Shown here: piece by piece, positions 25,880-37,067 of the stretch
How positions within the stretch are numbered: position 1 is the stretch's first letter
Layout: the number at the start of each line of letters is the position of its first letter
Assembly: GCA_030704615.1 (NCBI GenBank)
Contig: CM060731.1
Span: 72,044,001-72,108,000 of the forward strand
Reading direction: 5' to 3'
From: Takakia lepidozioides
Lineage: Eukaryota > Plantae > Bryophyta
DNA: 64,000 bases
The notes under the pieces: model-generated
What the model was told of the DNA's origin: nothing
Database searches by the model: none
What the model saw: only the letters and a program-made list of their open reading frames with translations
Made by a program: the position numbers and the translations under genes

Positions 25880-26290
25880 ACTGCCATCCAGGCCTGTAGG
25901 ATGCTGACTCCTCCCAGAAATCCAGGGTGAAGCCCATGGGGTATAACACTGCCCCACCAACGAGGACATCGTAAGAGACCGCGTCTGTCACAATGGCCTT
26001 GGCTCGCATCACTGAGCCATCTACAGGATGATCCGGCTGCAGTCTAATAGCCAACTGATGCCGTGTCATGCCCCGAGCCTGCTCTGATCCTCCCAGAGAT
26101 GTCTGTATCTGGAAAGGACAAGGCTCCATATCCGCCTCCATGAGGCCCAAACCTGCAATAGCAGCTCTGCCCAACATCAGTGGCTGAGCTCCTGAGTCCA
26201 ACAAGACCCGCAGTGGCCGGTACTTCTTGCCTGCGGTCCACTCAAAGTGAAAATGCCTCCCTGGTTGTCTAACAAGACAACTCCAGGTGT
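25880..26290 (-). CDS. Retroviral-type aspartic protease
   Basis: VLLDSGAQPLML...YDVLVGGAVL, in frame with DNMT motif I in ORF 25224-26204. Confidence 0.85.
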
Positions 26291-26829
26291 CACCATGGCG
26301 CGCTCAAAGGCTGGCCTAGCTGGCAGCTCCGTCAACTGGCAGCTGCAGCTTGCCAGGGCGCTGCCGTGGCAGTCTTGACCCTCAAATCCGAGGATCCCTC
26401 TGCCACTACACCTTCCACTAACTCCGCAGAAGATGAAGTGACCTCCCACTCTCACAGAGTTTGCTGCTAGTCTGAACACTGCAGCTGGTCTCACCCCGGC
26501 GTCGCAATCATGGTTGCCGAGAACAGTGGGGCTTGACACACAGAGGTGGCTGCCCCCAATAACACACCGCCGCACTAGCCTTGGCAGCAGGAGTCAATGC
26601 TGCACGTGTAGCTCTCCCCAATGGCATAGTAACCTCCGCCTCGGTAACAGTCGGGCGAGAACTAGGTGCCATGGATGGCGTCGACACAGTCTCCGCCAAT
26701 GTGAATGACTGAGGAAGCCTTGCCTGACGGCTTGCCTCCCCACGCTGTGGATCCAATTCCACCTCTGCACCTCGTGGCTCAGGAACTCGTGCTGCTCCTC
26801 GAGTCACGGCTGCAGCAGACTCCACCTGC

Positions 26830-28410
26830 TCTAGTGGTAGTGCTGCTCCGCACATAAATCCCATGCCTCCCATATCTCCTCCCCAGGAGCAGGAGGTGGA
26901 CCATCCCGCCTGGGAGCCGAAGCTATAGCCATGGCAGCGAGCCTCTGCTCTAGCTGCTGAAGCCGGTTGGCCATGCCTTGATCAACGCCCTGACCTCCGC
27001 GTCCTTGGCCATGTTGAGCTTGCCCTTGGCCTGCACCTCGTGCCCGACCACCTCGTCCTCTCTGGGCTGGTCCACCTCGCCCCCGGCCACCATTGTTCCC
27101 TTGGAACTGGCCTGGGCGCAACTCAGGATGCAAGTCATAACACTGGGCATCTCCATGCCCATACTTGCCACAATGCCCACACTGCAACTGTGCAGGCTGT
27201 GCTTGTGCCGGCCTTCTGCCACTCTCTGGGCAATCTCTCTTGACATGGGGTCCTCCACATGTCCAACATATCACCCCTGGTTGCTGTTGGCCTGCAAAAG
27301 ATGCCACGGGCCTCTGCACCTGAGGCCCCCTGTAAGCTCCATGGAACTTGGGCTGGGCAACCTTGCCCCCTGACCACGCTGTTGGGCAGTCCCTTGTGCT
27401 TGTGGGCTGACAGCTGTGCCCCGTACAGGCATGTCCTTGCCAAATCCAATTGTAACAACTCGTCCCACCATGTTGAGCTCAATCCGCTCAGCCAGCAGAA
27501 ACACATCTGCTAATGTGGGTTGGGCTGCTTGTAACAGGGTTGCATCTCGCACCCTTCTCTTGAGCTCCTTGTCCAGAATTCCATACCAAAACTGGATTGC
27601 CTGAGCTTCAGTAACCCCTTGGGTCACACTTATCAAGCGCCTCATACGAGTGTACGCCTCTCGCAGGCTCTCACTGGGTTTGCGCTGGAAGTCTTGCAAA
27701 CTTCGCAGCTTCTCTGTCCGTACACCTTGGTAGTTCCTCCGCAACTCCTGGAAGAACTCCACCACCGGGTTGAATCTAGGCACATGTGTTGTAGTGTGGC
27801 AGGAGGAGTAGTAGCACCTTTGAACTGGTACCACCTGCAGAAGTACCAGCACTACCTGCTCCACTACTAGTGCTGGCAGTGGGAGCTATTGGTACTGATG
27901 CAGCTACTGGTCGCGTCGTGCCTCGAGTAATGGAGATGTAGTCAGGTGACCAATACATCCTCACTCCTCAATCTCTGCTTCATGTCCTCGCCTGAACTCG
28001 TGGTAATCGTCCATAGGCGGGCCTTCCAAATGCTGGAACAGTCCCTTCCACGCCATGAATGGGGTGAATAGATGTGGATTGCGCATCTGCTGCAAATCAC
28101 ACCAGCTGTCGAACTCCTGGATAAAGTCATCCAACTCGATTGTGCCCACAGCTCCAGAGTACCTACGAGGCCCCTTGGTAGCTCCATACATCTCCTCCAT
28201 GTCGTCCCACAACAATGGCGAATGAAAGTGCACACCTGTTGATGAAGCCTCCGAGTCTGTGTCTGACTCTACAGTAATTGAGGGTGGCGGTGAAGGTGGT
28301 CTGAACCGAATACCTCGTCTTGTGAACCCACTCTCACTGTTACTGCCTGTAGCCGTACTCCCCTCCCCTGGGTAACTCCGTAATGACACTCACAATGTGC
28401 ACCTCCTCCA
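26830..28410 (-). CDS. Gag (capsid + two CCHC knuckles), frameshifted
   Basis: FQRKPSESLREAYTRMR (major homology region); CWTCGGPHVKRDC and CGHCGKYGHGDAQC. The capsid part is one ORF in the second copy (53914-55011). Confidence 0.85.
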
Positions 28411-28927
28411 CGTGACACTATAAGGCTCTAGTACTAATCTAATAGTGACACGGGTGGGCACCTGTTGCAGTCTAAGGGTCATATCCCAGTGGCTCAGGGC
28501 ACCTGCACCTGCATCCACCGCAAGAACTCCTATGGTTGGCTGGTCATCAACCCAGCCTCACCATAGAAGAAACACTGGTGGTCTTGCTGGTCATCACTCC
28601 AGCCTCACCACCGACAGCATACTCTAGGATTGACCGGTGATCAAATCCGGCCTAATCCCTATGAAAGCAAGCGCCCACACAAACCAACATGGCGCACAGT
28701 CAAGCATGCAGGTTTGGGGGGATCCAAACACAAGAAATCAAAACATCAACACCCCCACACCAAAATCCAGCTGCAATGCTGATCCTGCAGAATATCCCAG
28801 CCCAAAACCCCGGACTGACTGGCCTCCACCAAGAGAGGCTTTGGCAACTACAAGTACAAGGTAATGAAAATAGTACAGAGATGGAGGGGAAGAATAGAAG
28901 CCCGCCCAAGCAAGATCTAATCCTGAT

Positions 28928-29730
28928 CTATGCTATCAACTTCCAGACTTCTCTCAAAGTGCCTCGCTCTGCTTGATGGTAAGGTGTAGGAGGTATATCT
29001 ATGTCCAGAAACCTGCCACTAACCTTGTCCCAAGCTACAGTAGCTCGCTCTAACCAACCCTCCTCCTCTTTCTGCCAGGTAGAGACAAAGCAACACTCTG
29101 CTATCTCCCGCTCACTGAACACTAAAGAAAACAAAGGTAGGGTCTGATAGTCTCTCAACTCGAAAGCTTTGACGGTTGCGGGTGTCTTCATTGCGAATGA
29201 CTGCATCGCCTTCAAACAGAACAAACTTGTCCTCGCTAATGAACCCCCGCTCATGGTTGCCTTGTGCAGAGCGTGTCCGACTGCAACACTGTCTAATTGC
29301 ACAAACTTGTGCAGCTCCTGCTCCTCTGCTCCAGTACACCACGGCCTTGTGGCTGAACACCTTGGTCCCCGGGGCTGTCTTTGGCTGTGTTCCAAGCCTA
29401 GCTTTCACCCACTTTGGTATTTCACCTACAGCTGCAGAACTGCTGGCTCCAACAGAGTTCTGACTGTCCAAGGCGATATTGAGGCCCTCAATGCCAACTA
29501 CAGCAGTCTGTTGTCTACTGCTAATGCCTGACTCCCAGTATGCAATCAACTCGTCCAACTGTTCTCCACTCAAATCAGTCTGAGTTTCCTTGGGAAACAT
29601 AAATCGTGTCCCCTTGTGTGCACAGACTAAGAGAAGAGACCTGCCCTTCAATTACGTCCTCATTTCCCCCAGCCATGCAAGTACATCCACCAATTTGTCT
29701 CTCATATAGACCAGCACAGGTTCTAGAGAC
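28928..29730 (-). CDS. Unknown ORF (~260 aa after frameshift correction) upstream of gag
   Basis: Overlapping ORFs 29112-29651 and 28928-29395; conserved in the second copy at ~55529-56345. No family recognised. Confidence 0.5.
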
Positions 29731-31891
29731 AGGATTGTGGATCTTTCATGGCACACTCACACTCTAAAAATTCCATAGATTTTTAGCAGAGTCCCAAAAA
29801 CAGAAACCAGGTTTAGATAGGTAGATTTCCCCTTTCTGCAGCTATCCCCCAAAAACTGGGTCAACCAGAGTCCATTTGACAAGATATGATGAATTTGGCT
29901 CCAAATCATTCAAATTAGATTAAAAAGGTTTTTTTTTTTTTTAAAGTTTAAAGTTTAACATTTAAAGTTACACCCAAAATGTCTGGTAACTGGTTCCCGG
30001 TTCCCTAAGTTCTATATGGCATCCTAGGTTCCCTAGCCACGTGCCCTGTAATTTCTAGGATTTCAGTTGTGTTTACAAATGCACCCCCCACAGCTCTTGG
30101 TTACCAGTGACCTGCTCTCCTCCAGTCGAGATCCGTAGCTATGCCGAGCCTCTAATCCTTTGCACCAATATTCCCAACAAAAGCAAGAGCACTTACAATG
30201 CAACCCCGGAAAGCACCAGAACTGACTAGCTTGATCAAGAACGCTTTCAGCCCTTCATGCGTGCTGATTTTTCAAGGTGACAACAACAGATCTGCTATCA
30301 CTGATTGTGTAAGCCTTTCCATGGAGTTGGCACAGGCTGCCCTCAAGTCCTGAATTGTAAACATAGACCAAGCAGGTCGTGTAGTGAGCTGGGCCCCTTC
30401 AGCTCATATCCCACTCATACACCAAGTGTCACCTGGTGAGTCCACAGTCTCCCACTCTCATACTCTCTGCAACAAACACAACCTTGAGGTTTCAATCCTC
30501 CAAAACCTGAGGATCGCCAGCCTGGGAGTTGACACTGTCAGAAAGCGCCCTTCCCTTCCAGCAAATGGCCTAAGATCTGGTGACCTTGTCTATCCTTCCC
30601 TGGACAGCTCTTGCTTGGCCTTTCTCACAGCTGCCTGACATTAGACTACCCTCCAACGAATCGGGTGAAGAGAGATGACCAGTAATAGATTGCCTGGAGG
30701 CTTGCTGCTGCAAAGGGGCTGGCGTAAGTGCAGCAGCTCGTTGTGCTGGCTCAATGTGGAGTTCAGCTGCATTACCCGTGTACTGCCTGGCAGGAAGTTG
30801 CAATGCCCCACATCAAGGTGGCCTGTAAGCGCTGCCACCACGAGCTCCTCTTCAACAGTGCGCGGCAGGTGTCCAACTGCCCTCATGCCTTCTGCACTCC
30901 AGCCATCTCGAGCCAAAAACCCCATTCCACTAGAAAGCAACACTCAACCAACGAAGTGGCAATGGAAGGCTACACAGATGGTACGCCGAGATCAGAGACA
31001 TGCATCTCTCTGACGAACAGTTCTTTGCAACGGAGCGCGCCTACCAAACTCGCTCTGCGCAGAATCTGCCAACGATCAATGACACACATGCCCCAGGCGC
31101 TCCAGCAACACAAACTCCTGTGACAACCAACCCGTCAGACCACCAGATTATCCTCCGCTCTGCAACGCCTACGCCACCTGGTGCTCTTGGCTAACAACCC
31201 AGGTATCAAACGAGCACCGAGTGCGCTCAACAGTGATGCCGGCAGCTCCCACTCTGATCCCAAAAGTATGCTACGCCAGGCCCCTCACAACACATAGACA
31301 CCTCCAGTTCACCGATCACTGCCTTTACTAAGCACGGTAGCAAACTATGGTCTGGACTTCTCAAAATCGAGCTCCTCCACCCTGCGACTGATGGCATTGC
31401 GCTCTTAACAGACAACCGCGCCTTCGTTATGGAGATAGCCTTGGCGATTCCCATTCAGGACAAAGTGGAGAAGGCCCACGACCTACCTGCCTCCTCCACT
31501 ACCTTTCCCTGTACGCTGGCAGCGAGTCTCTACAGAGCACGGTGAATCCAGCAATATGCTTGCAAGCCAAAATGGGCTACCAGCCAATGGCCCTTCTTGA
31601 GCTGCAACACAGATGACCACACAAGTTGGGCACGACTGGCCTACTGGGTGCTCAGCCTGCCCCAGCGCTCAGGCAGCAGAGTCGCCAAGGCCCCCTGCGC
31701 GCACCCGCCACCACAAACAGGGATGACTACACCCTGATCACCACTAACGCCCATGTGTAAACAACAAGCGCAAACCCATGGCAACAGCAGGACTAGATGG
31801 GCTCCTGCCCCAAGTCATATATTTAAATAGTGTTAAAGAACATTGTATCTAGCTTAGCACTAGAAAACTAGATAGGCTCATCTCTCTCGAG

Positions 31892-32246
31892 TGATAAACA
31901 AACTTGAAAAAGGACACGCACTCTCAACACAAGAAATATGCAATCCCTCAAGATCACTCTTTAAGATAATAGTCGAGCCAGGGGCACCCCAAGCTATGGG
32001 GACTCCCCCCCACAACAACCTACACTCCCATCATACACTCAGATCTGAAGAATGCAGGAGCTCGGTCGCGCAGGCTCAACTCGAGAGAGATGAGCTGCGC
32101 GACTGCCGCTCTCGTGAAGATAAGACAGACCAGGTGTCAAAACTAAACTTGACACCTGATTTAACACTTGACCTAAATCCAAGTGTTAAATACAAATAAC
32201 TAGTTTTATTCTAGCTGTTTTCACACTGTGCTTATTTAACTTGACA
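31892..32246 (-). repeat. 5' terminal repeat A1 (LTR-like, TG...CA)
   Basis: Direct repeat of 20425-20766; not followed by a B unit. Confidence 0.9.
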
Positions 32247-32889
32247 AATACAACAACCAAGCATCAATGCAAATGGGATGCATGGTGCACCTTATATAGT
32301 GTTACAATGCACACATTTTTATCATACTTCCGTTGCCAAGGATGGCGGAAGAATGGGAAATGAGGGAGTTGTGGAGTCTTTTGGCTGTGTCCAGGGGGTC
32401 GGCTAGTTCCCTCCAAAGGAAAGTTATGGGTCCTTCCATAAGTAGATGTGCCCAATTCCGCGTTGGGAGACCGTTACTTTTGGGCCCGCACATGGCCTAG
32501 TTTTGTTAATTTTTGGGACAGGTTTAGGTGCACATCTTGTGCACTTAGGGCAACTTAAAGCACATATCAAGGAGGATTATAGGGCATTATAGGATGGACC
32601 TACTGAGCAGTAGTGGGATAATATGTACTTTGATTTTGATAATTCATATATAATACATCCATGATTGGAAAATTATGTGCTTTGCACAAATGATTGTTGC
32701 TTCATTTACTATTCTGCTCATATAATTTTTGTGACACTACACCCTCTGAGGAGTTGCACACTGCTTAAAAGCACACTTCAAGATACCACTATCTTACATT
32801 AATTTTTTTAAGTAAAACTTTGGATTTTAAAAATTGGATGAAAGGATATTGCCTTACCGTATTTTCTAAGTAAAGCTTTTCTAAAATTT

Positions 32890-35000
32890 ACCTCAAAAAA
32901 ATAAATTGCACCCTATATTTGTTCTCACGTGGTTTTGAAAATACCGTGTGTGACCCCCCCCAAGGAGCATATGAGCCCCTGATTCCCCAGGTGGAGCATA
33001 ATTTATGATAACTGGCAGCAGCGCTTTGGGGTTTCCGTTGGATCTCTGGACATGTGAGTCTGTAGAGGTTCATGCACTTGTTGGGGGGCTTGAGTTGCTT
33101 GCACCACCTGGGTTTTGGAGATGTTGTTGACCTGGGAGTTGCTGGTTTGGCCCTTGCAAGAAAATCTCTAGTTTGCTGCAAGTCCATTCTATGATTTTCT
33201 TCAATCTCAGCGTCGAGAATAGCATTGAGGATCTGGAATGCGTTGATCAAGCTGTCTTGATTCCTGATTTGGAGCCTATGGCCTCCCTTAGGTATATCCA
33301 GACCTTCTTCATAGATCCACCCTGCCTCAATGGGAGGGGGCAGATGGTAAATGTCTGCCTCCTCCATAAGGGCGAGGAGATGGGTGGAAGGACTGTAGCT
33401 AAGGCCAGGATGATCTTCAAGGTAAGCCCCCCAGAAGATTTTTGTGGATGCAGCCAGCAGGTAGTGTGGTTAAAAGGCCTGGAAGAAATCATGGATTTTG
33501 CTTTTGAGGGTGATTTAGAGGTTGCCATTGGGAGGACAGGTTCTTATATTGTTTGACATCCTCCGTTGTAAACCAAAGGGACTCGACAAATTCCCAGTCA
33601 TCAGAGGTAATGAGCACATTAGGCCTATTTCCTTTCCTATAAATGATTGGCGTGACACATGTTGCTAATGACGCTTCCGTGGATTCCAGGGCTGAGCACC
33701 CTTTCAGGTCCTGGCCTGGAAATGAAGCCTGCCTGAGGCAAGTTTTTGCAAAAGATGGATTGTTTGCAATACTGGTAAGGATTTTGGAGAGTGGACCACC
33801 ATAGAAGGCATAGCTTTTTGTGCTAATGGAGTTGATCTGATTTGTGCAGCAGCTCTGCTGCTATCCTTTTTGCCAAGTGGCTGCCTGCGAGGGGTGGATG
33901 CCGCTTCGAGTTGCATAGGGTCCTGATTGCTGATATGGCGTTGGAAGACACCTCTACTGCCCGCAACTTGCAAGTGATCACTGGGGGGAAGAGGTGGGGG
34001 CCGAAGAACAGAGGAGATCTTGGGATTGAGCACTTGATTGTTGTTAATGCACTGGAGGGAGGCCCTGTCATTTGACCCTCTAGTTTGGCTGCCCAGTGGC
34101 AGCTTGGATTTATAGAGAAAGCATTCTCTTTCCTGTTGGGCAATCCACCTTAATGTGTCCCATTTGGCCGCAGTTGAAGCAGACTGCTGAAGAGCAGTCT
34201 TCGATTAGACGAACTGTGAAAAAATTCCCCTTATTGTTTATAGGAAGTCTCACATACTCAGGCAGGATGTCCTCGTTTGGCATGATAAGGAAATTTTTTG
34301 CTGATCCAGTTTCATGGAGTCTGGATACTATGGTTGCCCCATGCACGCCGGATCTTGTCTGAGGTTTCCTGTGTCCATCTGGGGGTCAAAAACAGCTAAA
34401 CATCCAAGATAGAATCCGAAGAGTCTGGCTATATCTGGCAGGTTGACCAAATACTGATTAACATTGAAACCTCTTGTATGAGGGTTGAAACAAAGAGCTT
34501 GAGGAGCTGCCTCTGCTGTTTCAAATACAATGGAATAAAATCCGCGACCCTTGGAGTGACAGAATTGTTGTCTCAGCTCACCAGAGCCCCCCAGATGTCT
34601 GATTGCCCAGTCCCTCACATAAGCCCTATCCACTTTTTTGCCAAGAAAGTGGACAGGGATTCCATGCTCTTCCAAGGTTGTCACCCTCTCTTCCAGTTCT
34701 GGAATGCTGATATCAGCCAGCAGGAAGTCCTTGTTCATAGCGTCTTGGTTGATGGCTGTCTCCTCCACAAAGTATTCTGCTGGCCGGGGAGATGGAGGGG
34801 GGATCCCCAGCAAGGCAGGATCAAGTCTAGGCATCTTGAGAAGGGGTAACGGGGTGGGGGGGGGGGGATGGAAACCTTACGAGCCCTGCCGAGCCTGCCT
34901 GTCTGGATCGCGCTTAGTGGGCCAGGAAGAATCTCGTACCCGATGACGGGACAAAACTCCTGCGTGCAGGCTGCATGGGGTGTTCATGAGGTTGACGATT
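32890..35000 (-). mobile_element. Degenerate L1-like LINE (ORF1 region with zinc knuckle)
   Basis: KGRGFYSIVFETAEAA (plant LINE ORF1 style) followed by CFNCGQMGHIKVDC; multiple stops; limits approximate. Confidence 0.55.
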
Positions 35001-37067
35001 CTCCATTTTGCCTTTTAGCTTGAGTTTGTTTTGACTGTTGGGTCCCATAATGAGGTGATGGACGCGGGTGAGTGAACTAGAAGGAAATAGAGAGCTGAAG
35101 AGGGGAAAGGGATTTACTAGGACAAACTGAGACTAATGAAGATGCAGTGAGGTGGACTGAATTAGATTCCTGCGAGGTGGAGATTAAAGCAAGAGAAGGA
35201 GTTGAACTCTGTGAATCTGAAAGCTATACGAAGATAGTGGAAAATTGATGAGGATGTAGAAATGAATAAGAGTGCAGTGCAAGAAAATGAGCTTAACACA
35301 GAGAATCTGAATAGCTTTATGAAGAGAGGGAGACGGAGACGCAGTCCAGAGCTGAATGCGAAAACATAGAGGTCGAAGGAGTGAGATTTGGGATAGCTCC
35401 CGCGTAAGGCCGACCAAGCTGTGTAGTCTCTTAATTAGCCGTCAACTCATCATGGGCAACAGATAATGGAGTGCCGCCTGATGGAGACGCAGATTACAGC
35501 TAGTAACAGGGATGAACAGTTCATTGAATGGAGATTTTTGTGAAAGGAGTAGTTCAGAAAGGAAAATTCTAACTGGATAATATAACCTATTAAAATGAAG
35601 CTTGAAACACAACGAATGCAATAATCCCAGTGAGATATAGAAGCAGCAGATCCTTATCCAGATAACATGGATTAGAAATCGGGAGAGACAAAGAGACCGT
35701 TGGGGTTCTCTCCGTGAGCTCGCCATCCCCCTCCTTTTTTCATGAATTTTGAGTAGTAGAATTCAAACGTTTCAATGGCCTTTCAATACTGTTTCATTGG
35801 CTCAGATTCACTGCAATGTGTGCAAATGTCTCTCACCCATCACTTGTAGTAAATGACAAACAGTGGCTGATTCAACGCATGGGCCCATGGAGTGCTTCTT
35901 CCATGGAGTTCTAAATGATGAAACGTTGTAAAGCTTTATCATATGAGGTAACTGTACAAAAGATGGAAAGTTCCCATAGCAAAGGAAGATTTAACATAAA
36001 GAAATGAAAAAAAAGGTGTAGCAAGCCAATCAAATCAACATGATCATCCCATCCAACTGCCTGAATCACATCAGACAAAGAAATGGGTGTGACATTGGGA
36101 AGAGCATAAAGATGAGACGAAGCCATGCTAGCTACAGTAGCCCCATGCCAGATGGACATGGCCTCTGCCCTCTCTAGAGCACAGAGAGATCCTTCTAAAT
36201 GGTCATTGTTTGCCATCAATGCAATTGGCTGTGCCCACCGTGTCCAGTTTTCAGACCTTCCCAAACTCCCCAAATGAATTGGGATACACACCTCCTACTT
36301 CTATGCTAGCCTCTACACGTGCCCTCACATTTCACCCAATCCAACGCCCTCCCCATTGGCCGTCCAAAGCTCCCCCTTCTTTTGACCTTGGGGACCAGCC
36401 CCTGCCAGGATTTGGGACCCTCCCTTATTTAATCCCCATCAAATTGTAATAGTCTTACAAGGGCAGTAAAAAACCATCGAAAATTGCCAGAGTAGTGCAT
36501 GGTATCCGCAGGGGGGTTTGGGTTCCCAATTCTAGGAAGAAAACTCTGATGGCATACACAGAGTTTTTTGCTAAGGAGTCTTAGACAGGGGATGCGAGGT
36601 TTCCAAGCATATCAACCTTGAAGTGCCAACCCTGTAGCAGGCCTAATGTGGAACAGCAAAAAGAGCAGTGCGTGAGAAACCATAAGAGCTCCCTAACTAA
36701 GGATGAAGCTGTAAACGATTAGCAGAGAAGAATACAGGGAATCCAGGTGGGGGGATTTCTTGAATTATCAGGTTCCAGGCTCTAGCTTTGCGGAAAGATA
36801 GCATATTAGTAGCCGAGTAGCCATCGCGGCAGACAAGAAATGTCCCGAGTCCTAGAGGTGAGAGAAGTGTGAGATACCTGCAGCTTCCCAATCAGCCCAT
36901 CTGGCTGAACACCTAAGCCAAATTTCTGAATCAGAATTGTAATGTGTAACTATCTCTACTGGGATTCGAAGGTTTGGGTATACTTGATGTGATTCCTGAT
37001 TTGATATCACTCCCTCAGTTTCTCAAGTGCAGTGGAAAAAGGGTTCGTCAAGGGAGAGAGAACAGCC

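Larger units (their letters stand above)
20339..32246 (-). mobile_element. Full-length Gypsy-like retroelement with split direct repeats, DNMT3-like methyltransferase and PHD-tipped integrase
   Basis: TG...CA ends, flanked by aata on both sides (20335-20338; 32247-32250); repeats A1 31892-32246, A2 20425-20766, B1 20769-20857, B2 20339-20424; gag-PR-DNMT-RT-RH-INT-PHD on the minus strand. Confidence 0.92.

Noticed and set aside
1-32246. Functional link between the Pol IV/V gene and the DNMT-bearing retroelement
   Set aside because: They are 18 kb apart with unrelated genes in between; proximity in a TE-rich plant genome is most likely chance.
20339-32246. DIRS/Ngaro tyrosine-recombinase element (suggested by split repeats and a methyltransferase)
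   Set aside because: It has an aspartic protease, a DDE integrase and a TSD; no YR motif was seen; the MTase is C5-cytosine type, not the adenine type found in DIRS.
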